From: Planctomycetota bacterium
GTDB taxonomy: Bacteria; Planctomycetota; UBA8108; UBA1146
DNA: 64,000 bases
Assembly (NCBI GenBank): GCA_012960845.1
Contig: DUAN01000189.1
Coordinates: 2,942 to 66,941, forward strand
Direction: 5' to 3'
Every line of letters begins with the position of its first letter. Positions within the stretch are counted from its first letter, which is position 1. The notes below the pieces were generated by a model. The model was not told the origin of the DNA and ran no database searches. It saw only the letters and a program-made list of their open reading frames with translations. The position numbers were made by a program, and so were the translations under genes. Shown here piece by piece: positions 35,864 to 45,058 of this stretch.

Positions 35864-36793
35864 TCAGCGACTCCAGGATTCCCACCAACGGATGAAGCCA
35901 TCCCCCAGCACCTTATCGACAGCACTCCGAGGTATTCCACCTTGGTGGAGTCTATCGGCCAGAGAGTCCAGATCACGATGATCGCGAAAGCCCTGCGGCG
36001 TTTGATCGATCCCATCCAGGTCGGTTCCGAGACCCACCTGGTCTTCGCCGAGAATCTCGAGTAGATGCAGCACGTGTCGTGTCACGGTTTCCAGAGTGAT
36101 GGTCTGATCCTTCGGTCCGAGAAAAGGAGGATACAGGTTGACCCCAACCATCCCTCCACGACTCCCGATCATCTCGATCAAATCGTCCGTCAGGTTTCGA
36201 GGATGATCATGAATTTCTCGGACATTGGAATGAGTCGCGATGACGGTCGCTCCAGAAGCACAAACATCGATGACTCCCTCTCGATTCAGATGCGAAACAT
36301 CGACGGCCCACCCCAGTTCTGTCGCCAGTCCGATCGCTTCCGTACCGAAAGGAGTCAACCCTCCGTGATCATCTTGCATGACACCTTGGCCCAATAAATT
36401 AGCACCATTCCAGGTCACCCCAAGAATCCTCACCCCTCTTCGGTGGAGATCCTCGATCCTGGTCAGATCCTCCTCGAGACAGGAAGCATTCTCGATGGTC
36501 GCCAGCAATCCCGTGACTCCTTCAGGCAAGGCGGCCAGTTCGACAGGGTCAGTGACCATCTGGAACGGCTCTTCACCACTCTCGTGCAAGCGATCACGGA
36601 CATCGAGCAGGCGATTACAATGCCCCCAAGGATCAGGATTCAGATCTTCAGTGAATACTGCAGTGCAGAGCAATCGAACCGCACCCGCACGACATCGTGG
36701 AGCATCTACTTGCAACTCATCTCGTCGAGGATAAAGGCCACCGCCCTTCTCCTCGAGTCGCCACAGTGTATCCACATGCAAATCAGCTCTCAT
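35864..36793 (-). CDS. membrane dipeptidase (peptidase M19, renal dipeptidase family)
   Basis: HVDT...THSN...GLGTDLDG metal-binding motifs typical of M19. Confidence 0.8.
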   Translation of the reverse strand: MRADLHVDTLWRLEEKGGGLYPRRDELQVDAPRCRAGAVRLLCTAVFTEDLNPDPWGHCNRLLDVRDRLHESGEEPFQMVTDPVELAALPEGVTGLLATIENASCLEEDLTRIEDLHRRGVRILGVTWNGANLLGQGVMQDDHGGLTPFGTEAIGLATELGWAVDVSHLNREGVIDVCASGATVIATHSNVREIHDHPRNLTDDLIEMIGSRGGMVGVNLYPPFLGPKDQTITLETVTRHVLHLLEILGEDQVGLGTDLDGIDQTPQGFRDHRDLDSLADRLHQGGIPRSAVDKVLGDGFIRWWESWSR

Positions 36794-38310
36794 CGGTCCT
36801 CCCGATTACTGAGGCGCCACTCTCCCATGCTCAACACATCGACCAACTGGGCATCCGCAAGGCAACGTACTCTGGAAGGATCTTCTGCGCCGATCACCTG
36901 GAGATCGGCGACGCTTCCCGGATCGAGTGTACCCCACCCCGAAGGAAGCATGTTTGCAAATGCGGCAGAGGAAGTCCTCCAGCGAAACGCCTTCTCGAAA
37001 GACACTCTTTGCTGAGGATAGAAAGCTACGCCTTCACCGTTGCGATCGAGGCGGGTGACCGCCGCAGCAATATCCAACCAGGGGTCCGCACTTTCGATGG
37101 GTGCGTCCGAGCCCATGACGATGGGGATACCAGCCTCATCGATGGACTTCAGTGCCAGTGCGTGAGCGGCACGGGAGCCCCATCGGCTACGGAGAATCTG
37201 TCGATCCTCAAAAAGATGACACGGTTGCATCGATGCGATGGTTCCTGTTCTTCGAATGGAGGCCAGATCTTCAGGATCAAAACACTGAAAGTGTTCGATA
37301 CGATCAGGCAAGTCGGTTCCGCGCAGGTCACGAGTGAACTGGATCCAGCGGTTCGCTTCCGCCACCGCCGCATCACCGATGGCATGGATCGCCAGTGCCC
37401 ATCCATGCTTTGCAGCGAGCCGTGCAGTACGCTCGAGGCTCGCGGCAGACCTTCGCTCGACACCCAGGTTGCCCGGATCGTCGTCGTATCCAGATTTCAT
37501 CCAGGCGGTCCTCGAACCGAGGGTCCCGTCGAGGAATATCTTGATCCAGGGAATGGCGAAGGAACTGTCTTCCTTCCCCTCCGGCAGACAACTCCCACCT
37601 CCATCGAGTACCTCTAGAAATTGAGCTTCAGGCATACCATGGCGAATACGAACGCCGAGTTGATCGGCAGCATTCTCACGACGAAGCAGATCGATGGAAT
37701 CGCCACGATCAAATGTCGTGGCTGCGGTGATCCCTCGGTGCAGCAGCCACCGCGATGCTGCATGTGCATCCTCCAGTGGAGGCTGGCCGATGGCCGCCCA
37801 GACCAGTTCAGCATCCTGTTCCGTCACGACACCGGAGTGTTGGGAAGGGTCGATCCCCGCCGCCTGCAACGCAGCGGAAGACGCCAGCGCTCTGTGATGA
37901 TCAGAGTTCCACAGGAATACCGTCCAGTCGGGAAGGACTGCGTCGAGAAAACGACGGGGGTCCGGTAGTAGTTGCTCGCTGAGCGGATCTTTCCAGCCAT
38001 GCCCGACCACCCGGCTCTCACCGACACTATCCTGAGCATGATTGGCCAGGAGAGCACGGACCGATTCCGCAGGCAGTTGGGAGAGGTCGAGTTGGCGAGC
38101 ATGCTCAAGGGAATACAACAAGTGCAGATGACTATCGACAAATGCCGGAAGCACCCAGAGACCATCGAGATCTCTTACCTGTGCATTCGTAGCATCTCCC
38201 GAACCGGCATTGCTCCAGCGAGTAATCACTCCGTCATCGATGCGAAGATCGTATCGAGTGTCGGGATCACCCGGAAACCTCTTCACGCCTTGTAGTAACC
38301 AGGCGCCCAC
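36790..38310 (-). CDS. amidohydrolase family (Amidohydro_3-like metal-dependent hydrolase)
   Basis: VDSHLHLL metal-binding HxH, AIHAIGD, GSDAPI motifs; ATGA overlap with downstream dipeptidase. Confidence 0.75.
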   Translation of the reverse strand: MGAWLLQGVKRFPGDPDTRYDLRIDDGVITRWSNAGSGDATNAQVRDLDGLWVLPAFVDSHLHLLYSLEHARQLDLSQLPAESVRALLANHAQDSVGESRVVGHGWKDPLSEQLLPDPRRFLDAVLPDWTVFLWNSDHHRALASSAALQAAGIDPSQHSGVVTEQDAELVWAAIGQPPLEDAHAASRWLLHRGITAATTFDRGDSIDLLRRENAADQLGVRIRHGMPEAQFLEVLDGGGSCLPEGKEDSSFAIPWIKIFLDGTLGSRTAWMKSGYDDDPGNLGVERRSAASLERTARLAAKHGWALAIHAIGDAAVAEANRWIQFTRDLRGTDLPDRIEHFQCFDPEDLASIRRTGTIASMQPCHLFEDRQILRSRWGSRAAHALALKSIDEAGIPIVMGSDAPIESADPWLDIAAAVTRLDRNGEGVAFYPQQRVSFEKAFRWRTSSAAFANMLPSGWGTLDPGSVADLQVIGAEDPSRVRCLADAQLVDVLSMGEWRLSNREDR

Positions 38311-38378
38311 TCACACCTCCAGCATGAAAAAAGGGGGACGATCCTGACTGGACCGTCCCCCTTGAAATGCGTTGCTGA

Positions 38379-40604
38379 TCAGCGACGACCTCCGCGGTCG
38401 CCTCCGCGATCACGGCCTCCGCGGTCACGGCCTCCGCCACCACCACGATCGGGTCGTCCACGCTGGCCAGAATCTCCTGAAGCCACGGTGGCATCCAGTT
38501 TGCCTTCGTCGATGAGAACGGCCTTGTGGGAGAGTCGAAGTCGACCCTGTGGATCACTCTCGAGGACCTTGACCCTGAGAGAATCGCCACGCTTCACCAC
38601 CGAGGAAACGTCATCGACGAAGTCACCGGAAAGCTCCGAAACATGGACCAGGCCTTCCTGGCCCGGCAATACCTCGACGAAGCAGCCGAAGTCCTTGATC
38701 GAAACCACCTTGCCATCGTAGGTACGTCCCACTTCGACATCCTGAGTGATCATCTCGATCTGCTCACGAGCTTCGTTGGCACTGTCGTAATCTTTACCCC
38801 AGATGGTGATGACCCCGGAATCGACGATCTCGATGGTCGCACCGGTCGCTTCCTGGATTCCCTTGATCACCTTGCCACCAGGGCCGATCACCAGACCGAT
38901 CTTTTCGGGATCGATGTTGATACGCATGATCTTGGGCGCCAGCGGAGATACTTCATCCCGTGGACGATCCAACTTCTTGAGCATCTCACGAAGAATGTGC
39001 AATCGTCCCTCACGGGCCTGCTCGAGGGCACGTCCCATCAGTTCGCGACTGAGTCCAGAAATTTTCACATCCATCTGGAGAGCAGTGATTCCCTTCTGGG
39101 AACCCGCCACTTTGAAGTCCATGTCTCCGTTGTGGTCCTCACTGCCGAGGATGTCGGAGAGGATGTAATGATCACTTCCATCTTCGATCAATCCCATGGC
39201 GATTCCGGCGACCGGACGCTTGAGTGGTACTCCAGCGTCCATCAGTGCCAGCGTTCCACCACAGACACTCGCCATCGACGAGGATCCATTGGATTCCGTG
39301 ATGTCACTGACGATACGAATGGTGTAAGGGAAATCGTCGTGATCGGGAAGGATGTGACGGATGGATCTTTCTGCCAGGGCTCCATGGCCGATCTCTCGGC
39401 GCTTGGGGCCACGATTGGGCCATGATTCTCCGACACAGTATCCAGGGAAGTTGTAGTGCAGCATGAAGTGTTCTTTTTTCTCGTCGATCAGTCCATCAAC
39501 TCTCTGCTCGTCAAAGGATGTACCGAGAGTTGCAGTGACGATCGCCTGAGTCTCACCTCGGGTGAACAATGCCGAACCATGGGTTCTCGGTAGCAGTTGT
39601 AAATCCGTATCGATGTTGCGAATGTCGGTAAATGAACGGCCATCACTTCGCTTTTTGTCCTCGATGATGATGTCGCGCTCAACCTTTTTCTTGACCGATG
39701 AGAGAAACTTCTTGACCGCCTTCGGGTCGTTCTCGCAGGTTTCCGCTTCTAACTGGTCCTTCGGGCAGAGTTGCTCGAAGACATCATCGCAGACAGCAGA
39801 CATCGCATTGGATCGGGCGAACTTTCCATCGGTGTGAATCACCGCGCGGACACCGTCATAGGCCATCGAAAAGACCTTGGACTTCAACTCCTCGTCCACC
39901 TCTGGAGCCACGAACTCGATCTTCGGCTTACCAGCAAGTTTGGCAAACTCGGACACCATCGAAACCACCTCGATGGAGACCGCGTGGGCTTTTTCCAAAG
40001 CATCGATCATCTCGGCTTCAGCCACTTCCTTGGCTCCAGCTTCGACCATCACGATTGCGTCTTCAGTTCCTGCAACCACCAGATCGATATCACCCTGATC
40101 ACGCTGTTGATGGGTCGGGTTGATGACCAGTTCTCCATCCACTCGCCCGATTCGGACCGCTCCGATGGGGCCCTGGAAGGGCAACTCCGAGATGGAGAGT
40201 GCCGAGGAGGCGGCGATCATCGCCAGGATATCTGGATCGTTCTCACGATCTGCGGAAAGAACCGCCACCGTCACCATCACGTCCTTCATGTATCCATCCG
40301 GGAACAGAGGACGCACCGGGCGGTCGATCAGCCTGGAAGTCAGCACTTCCTTGGTCGTCGGACGACCTTCACGCTTGAAGAATCCACCTGGGATTTTTCC
40401 TGCAGCGTAGTTATTCTCTCGATAATCGACCGTCAAGGGGAAGAAGTCTCCGCCCCAGCGGGGTTCGCCCCAGGTCACTGCGCAGAAAACCGCGCAATCG
40501 CCGCAGCGAACGATGGTCGAACCTGCCGCTTGCTTCGCAATTTCTCCGGTTTCGATACTGATGGTACGACCACCAATCTCCCGGCTAACAATATGTTTCA
40601 TCAA
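38379..40604 (-). CDS. pnp: polynucleotide phosphorylase (PNPase) with RG-rich C-terminal tail
   Basis: Two RNase PH domains, KH and S1 domains in canonical order; rpsO immediately upstream. Confidence 0.95.
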   Translation of the reverse strand: MMKHIVSREIGGRTISIETGEIAKQAAGSTIVRCGDCAVFCAVTWGEPRWGGDFFPLTVDYRENNYAAGKIPGGFFKREGRPTTKEVLTSRLIDRPVRPLFPDGYMKDVMVTVAVLSADRENDPDILAMIAASSALSISELPFQGPIGAVRIGRVDGELVINPTHQQRDQGDIDLVVAGTEDAIVMVEAGAKEVAEAEMIDALEKAHAVSIEVVSMVSEFAKLAGKPKIEFVAPEVDEELKSKVFSMAYDGVRAVIHTDGKFARSNAMSAVCDDVFEQLCPKDQLEAETCENDPKAVKKFLSSVKKKVERDIIIEDKKRSDGRSFTDIRNIDTDLQLLPRTHGSALFTRGETQAIVTATLGTSFDEQRVDGLIDEKKEHFMLHYNFPGYCVGESWPNRGPKRREIGHGALAERSIRHILPDHDDFPYTIRIVSDITESNGSSSMASVCGGTLALMDAGVPLKRPVAGIAMGLIEDGSDHYILSDILGSEDHNGDMDFKVAGSQKGITALQMDVKISGLSRELMGRALEQAREGRLHILREMLKKLDRPRDEVSPLAPKIMRINIDPEKIGLVIGPGGKVIKGIQEATGATIEIVDSGVITIWGKDYDSANEAREQIEMITQDVEVGRTYDGKVVSIKDFGCFVEVLPGQEGLVHVSELSGDFVDDVSSVVKRGDSLRVKVLESDPQGRLRLSHKAVLIDEGKLDATVASGDSGQRGRPDRGGGGGRDRGGRDRGGDRGGRR

Positions 40605-40805
40605 TCCTCCTGGCAGACACTGCTGCCTAGACGCCCCTGCGTCTTCTTCTAACTTTTCTAACTTTATTCAATTACTTCTGATTTGAAATCGTGCTGGAAA
40701 GGAGGACTCCGATCACCACATCCATCCGTGGCAAGTTGGCCACGAGACGCTTTGCAGGAAGGTCATCGACTCGATCTTTGAGTCCACACGCTGGGAGAGG
40801 TCGGG
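40605..40805 (-). promoter_or_regulatory. structured rpsO-pnp intercistronic leader (three 5-bp hairpins, AAGTTAGAA direct repeat, AGGAGG SD)
   Basis: Minus-strand hairpins GTGGC-CAACTT-GCCAC, GACGC-AGGG-GCGTC, GGCAG-CAGTGT-CTGCC read directly; AT-rich island atypical for this genome. Confidence 0.45.
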
Positions 40806-41075
40806 CTAACGACGCAATCCGAGGGCTTCGATCAAACTCCGGTATCCAGGGCGATTTTTGCGCATCAAGTACTGGAGGAGACGCTTACGCTTTCCCACCA
40901 AGATGAGCAGGCCGCGCTGACTCGCATAGTCCTTCTTCCGAGAACGAAGATGCTCCGTGATATTACGGATTCTCTCCGTCAAGATCGCAACCTGGACCTG
41001 GACCGATCCCTTGTCGTTTTCCGAAGTACGGTACTCTTCAATCAATGCGGTCTTACGTTCTGCTGTAATGCTCAT
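40806..41075 (-). CDS. rpsO: 30S ribosomal protein S15
   Basis: [16 protein letters not shown]...[16 protein letters not shown], 89 aa, upstream of pnp. Confidence 0.9.
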   Translation of the reverse strand: MSITAERKTALIEEYRTSENDKGSVQVQVAILTERIRNITEHLRSRKKDYASQRGLLILVGKRKRLLQYLMRKNRPGYRSLIEALGLRR

Positions 41076-41259
41076 TTGTCGATGCAACCCTGTCTGTATC
41101 TGACCCATCTGTCGATGAACTAAAAATCCTGTGACCGCACTCCACCCGCGGCTCGCCGCGACGGCTCGATCCAACCAGACCAGTCGTGGATGCTACAGGG
41201 AGGCCCCGGAAGGGCAAGACAATGTAGGCCTCTGGAGGCTAAAAGTGACGGAAACGGCT

Positions 41260-41691
41260 CTATTTTGGCCGATCCGCCGCCTCAATCAGTCCCGGAGGAT
41301 CGGGGTGCAAGGGCATACCCGCATCGAGGTAGCACTGGAGCAAGATCGCAGCCGCCTTCTCGTCGACTCCCAAAGAGGTTCCGACCTTCTCCGCCTGGGA
41401 TGAAGTGAGGCGCTCATCCCATAACTGAATCGGCAGATCGAGTTGTTCTCGTAACCACCTCACCAGTTGCAACGATCGAATCGCCATCGGCCCGAAGGAG
41501 CCGTCCATGTTGCGCGGCATTCCGATCAGGACTCCCTCCACGCCAAATTCCTGGTCCGCAACCTTGATCCATTGGACCAGTTCCACTCGAGTGGCGACCA
41601 CCCCTCTGGGAGTGGCCAGCACTCCGAGCGGATCTCCCCGGGAAATCCCGATTCTTTTCTCACCGGGGTCGACTCCGATCCAGACGCTCAT
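41260..41691 (-). CDS. ruvX: Holliday junction resolvase-like protein RuvX/YqgF
   Basis: IGVDPGEKRIGISRGD motif; ATGA overlap with upstream gene supports start at 41691. Confidence 0.8.
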   Translation of the reverse strand: MSVWIGVDPGEKRIGISRGDPLGVLATPRGVVATRVELVQWIKVADQEFGVEGVLIGMPRNMDGSFGPMAIRSLQLVRWLREQLDLPIQLWDERLTSSQAEKVGTSLGVDEKAAAILLQCYLDAGMPLHPDPPGLIEAADRPK

Positions 41692-42884
41692 CGGCTTTCT
41701 CCCTCGAGTGATCCCGGTACCTGCAACACATCTCGCCATCGTGCCGACCCGATCTCATCCTCGGTCGCCACCAGCACCAGGTCAGGAGACACCGCCACCA
41801 GTCCCCCTCTTGCCGAGATCACCTGAAGCAAGATATCCCCCTCCACCAGGCAAATCAGTTGCTGGCAATCGACCAAGGCATCGGAAAACTCGATCGAGCC
41901 GTCGCCATCTTCTCGCATATCCACGATGACACGATTACCACTCGAAACCAGTTTCAATGCCCCGGTTCCGACCAGTACCAGTCGACGCAAGCCATCGCTT
42001 TCCAGTGTGGAGGCCTCAGCACGGACGCAGATGGGCGAACCCGAGGGGATGGGTTCGGTCGCCGATGTTTCGATGTGAAATCTGAGGTTCTCCTGCTCGT
42101 CGACAGGATGCCAGCGTCGAAGTGCTGGCCAGGAGCCCAGATCGTGCCACATCGGATCCATCCGGGCGACCATCAGATGGGGTTGGATCTGTTCCCGCGA
42201 TAAGAGCAAGTGATCGAGGGAAAGCGCAGGGATCTGCTCCTTCCCCGAAAATCGAGAATCCCCTGGCTGCTGCAGTATCTTGGCCACCAGTTCGAGCAAG
42301 AATTGAGCTCGAAAGAGCAACACACCACAGTTCCTCAAGGCTCCAGCCTCGTCGAGCCGTGCCTGATCGATGGCCGCTGGCTTCTCTATAAACTCGAGCA
42401 CCTTAGAAACCGATTCGAGGCAAGCCGGGACGATCGAACCGAAACCACTATCCGATGGACCCTCTGAACCAAACAACCATACCCGATCCCCTGCAGAATC
42501 CGCTTCATCGATGGTTTCCTTCATGACCTGTAAATATCGATCGGGATCTTCCACATGATGGTCTGCCGGAAACACCAGGATCATCGCTTCTGGATCTCGT
42601 TCTGCAATCGATGTCACTGCCGCCACGATGGCAGGTGCAGTATTACGCCCCACCGGCTCCTCGATGAACTGGCACGGTCCAGCCCAATCGATCAGGCCTG
42701 GTCCAGCGACCAGATGAATCTTCTCCATGGATGTCAATTGCGAGGCTCGGTGGATGGTCTGTTCGAGCAGGGAACTGTCATTCAACAGTGGCAGGCAAGG
42801 CTTCGGACGATCCTTGCGACTCCAGGGCCAGAGACGTTGCCCACTTCCACCCGCCAGGATGACCACATGTAATGCATCACTCAT
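41688..42884 (-). CDS. mannose-1-phosphate guanylyltransferase-like nucleotidyltransferase
   Basis: VILAGGSGQRLWP N-terminal NTP-transferase signature. Confidence 0.7.
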   Translation of the reverse strand: MSDALHVVILAGGSGQRLWPWSRKDRPKPCLPLLNDSSLLEQTIHRASQLTSMEKIHLVAGPGLIDWAGPCQFIEEPVGRNTAPAIVAAVTSIAERDPEAMILVFPADHHVEDPDRYLQVMKETIDEADSAGDRVWLFGSEGPSDSGFGSIVPACLESVSKVLEFIEKPAAIDQARLDEAGALRNCGVLLFRAQFLLELVAKILQQPGDSRFSGKEQIPALSLDHLLLSREQIQPHLMVARMDPMWHDLGSWPALRRWHPVDEQENLRFHIETSATEPIPSGSPICVRAEASTLESDGLRRLVLVGTGALKLVSSGNRVIVDMREDGDGSIEFSDALVDCQQLICLVEGDILLQVISARGGLVAVSPDLVLVATEDEIGSARWRDVLQVPGSLEGESR

Positions 42885-43686
42885 CGTCCAGGTACCCCTG
42901 CAGTGCGGATTTCAATCGATCGACACCCTTGGCTCGAGGCTGAAGTCTCATGAACTCCTTGAAGTGCTTGGACGCCTCCACCTTCATCTCCATCTCGAGG
43001 TAGCAACTGGCTCTTTTCTTGGCGACTTCCGCATGACCGGCCCGATCGAGTCCAAGGACCTCTGCTCGACGCAGATATTCCAGACCGACTCGGGGATCGA
43101 GCCGTCCCGTCGTGCGCTTTAACAGCAACTTCTTGGCTCGTTCCAGGGCTTCTGAGTAACAGGGACGTTTGACATTCCGGGTCTGCTCGACTCGAATCAA
43201 TTCCTCGAACCACTCCAGTGCACCATTCCAGTTCTTGCGTCCTTCATCGATCTCCCCCAGCAAGAAGCATGCATCGACGAACTCACCGGAATCGAGGTGA
43301 TTCCTGAGCAATAAGCGACTTCCAGGCTCCAGTTCCGCCAGCCGCTCGAGGGCCTCTTCGTTGCGCTGTTCCAGCAACAGGTAGAAAACAGATCTCACGC
43401 GCGCCGCCGGCCTGCCACTTTCTGTGACATGAGGAATGGAGGAGAGCTTCGGATCCTTTCCGGCGACGATCTTCCACATGTTGTCGTAAGAATCGCGGCG
43501 ATCATTATCGGAGAGAACTTCGAACGCCAGTAGTAGCGATCGCATCTCATCCGGATCCTTCGGATGTTCAGTCTTGTCGGGGTGGATCTCCAGCAAGCGT
43601 TTACGAAAAGCTAAACGGATCTCTTCTTCCCTGCAATCGGGATCGACACCGAGTATCAGGTAATGATCTGTGAATCCGTCCCTCAA
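42877..43686 (-). CDS. J-domain (DnaJ-like) protein with TPR-like C-terminal region
   Basis: HYLILGVDPDCREEEIRLAFRKRLLEIHPDK with HPD tripeptide. Confidence 0.7.
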   Translation of the reverse strand: MRDGFTDHYLILGVDPDCREEEIRLAFRKRLLEIHPDKTEHPKDPDEMRSLLLAFEVLSDNDRRDSYDNMWKIVAGKDPKLSSIPHVTESGRPAARVRSVFYLLLEQRNEEALERLAELEPGSRLLLRNHLDSGEFVDACFLLGEIDEGRKNWNGALEWFEELIRVEQTRNVKRPCYSEALERAKKLLLKRTTGRLDPRVGLEYLRRAEVLGLDRAGHAEVAKKRASCYLEMEMKVEASKHFKEFMRLQPRAKGVDRLKSALQGYLDDE

Positions 43687-44135
43687 TTGACTGCCTCACG
43701 TTCGATCCAGAAGGTGACCGGCCCATCGTTGACCAGGTGCACTTTCATGTCGGCTCCGAAGCGTCCCGTGTCCACACGGGAAATCCCCAGTTGAAGTAAG
43801 TTCTCGACAAATTTCTCGAACAACGGTTCCGCCTGTCCAGGTTCCAGAGCGTCGATGAAGGAGGGGCGACGCCCCTTTCGACAATCTCCATACAAGGTGA
43901 ATTGACTCACTGCCAGGATGCCCCCCTCGACCTGGGTTAGATCGAGATTCATCTGCCCTTCGGCATCGGAAAAGATCCGAAGCCCGGCGACCTTGCGGGC
44001 CATCCAATCGATCTCCATCGGACCATCCCCTGCACCGAGGCCAACCAGCAGTAATAGCCCGGTATCGACGGAACCGACCGTTTGCCCATCCACCTCGACC
44101 CGTGCTTCCAGAACTCGCTGTACCAGTACGCGCAC
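43683..44135 (-). CDS. dtd: D-aminoacyl-tRNA deacylase
   Basis: MRVLVQRV...SQFTL...motifs, 150 aa. Confidence 0.9.
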   Translation of the reverse strand: MRVLVQRVLEARVEVDGQTVGSVDTGLLLLVGLGAGDGPMEIDWMARKVAGLRIFSDAEGQMNLDLTQVEGGILAVSQFTLYGDCRKGRRPSFIDALEPGQAEPLFEKFVENLLQLGISRVDTGRFGADMKVHLVNDGPVTFWIEREAVN

Positions 44136-44197
44136 ATCACCTCCAAGTTCATCCAGCGATGATATCAGGAATCGAGATGGCCAGGAGGAGAACCTGG

Positions 44198-45058
44198 CTA
44201 GGTGGTCAAATCGGGCCCCTCAACGACATCGTGGCAGAAGGAGCCATCCGACGTTTCGGCAATATCGACGCTGCGGAAAGATGTCGGTCTTCCCGAGGAG
44301 GGGTCGACCGTGAGCAACACGCCACAGAGGTGAGCATTCTTTTCGGCAACCGTGAAGGGAGCATGCATCGAAGTGAGAAACTTGTGAAGTACCGGCTTCG
44401 CGTCGCGCCCGATGACTCCATCGTAGGGCCCGGTCATTCCCATATCGGTAAGATAACCGGTTCCTCCCGGGAGGATTCTCGCATCGGCAGTCAGCACATG
44501 AGTGTGAGTGCCGACCACTGCTGTGACACGGCCATCGAAGTGCCATCCGGCAGCCTGCTTCTCGCTGGTCGCCTCTGCGTGGAACTCGACGATACGGATC
44601 TTCACCTCTTCGGGGATTTCCTTCAGAACTGCATCGACGGTGCGGAATGGACAAGAGACCAAGTCCATGAAGACTCGTCCCAGAACGATGACGTGAGCCA
44701 CCGGCACTCCAGCGGCGGTCTCCACCACTGACCATCCCGTGCCCAGAGCCTCGTCAGGGTAATTGTGAGGGCGCAGGCAGAGTGGTTCTTTCTCCAGCAC
44801 TTCGAGGTTATCCCTGCGTTTCCACGCATGATCCCCGAGCGTCATCAGGTCGATCCCAGCTGTTCGAAGATCGGCAAAGATCTTGGGAGTAATCCCTGAT
44901 CCCGCTGCAGAATTCTCGGCATTGGCGATGACCAGATCGAGATCGAGTGACTCCCGCAGGCCTGGCAGCATTCCTTGCACAATATTCCTGCCTGGCTTGC
45001 CGACGATATCACCGATCAGCAAGATTCGAATGTCGGAACCATCAGCGGGCATACTCAA
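44198..45058 (-). CDS. ymdB: YmdB-like metallophosphoesterase (2',3'-cyclic-nucleotide phosphodiesterase family, TIGR00282-like)
   Basis: ILLIGDIVGKPGR...NAENSAAG...GDH motifs; classic position downstream of rny. Confidence 0.85.
   Translation of the reverse strand: MSMPADGSDIRILLIGDIVGKPGRNIVQGMLPGLRESLDLDLVIANAENSAAGSGITPKIFADLRTAGIDLMTLGDHAWKRRDNLEVLEKEPLCLRPHNYPDEALGTGWSVVETAAGVPVAHVIVLGRVFMDLVSCPFRTVDAVLKEIPEEVKIRIVEFHAEATSEKQAAGWHFDGRVTAVVGTHTHVLTADARILPGGTGYLTDMGMTGPYDGVIGRDAKPVLHKFLTSMHAPFTVAEKNAHLCGVLLTVDPSSGRPTSFRSVDIAETSDGSFCHDVVEGPDLTT

Noticed and set aside
38379-38470. RG/RGG-rich C-terminal tail of PNPase (GRPDRGGGGGRDRGGRDRGGDRGGRR) as a separate feature or repeat
   Set aside because: In-frame continuation of pnp; a low-complexity RNA-binding-type tail rather than an independent element
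38526-39425. 299-aa + strand ORF
   Set aside because: Antisense to pnp (PNPase), which is unambiguous
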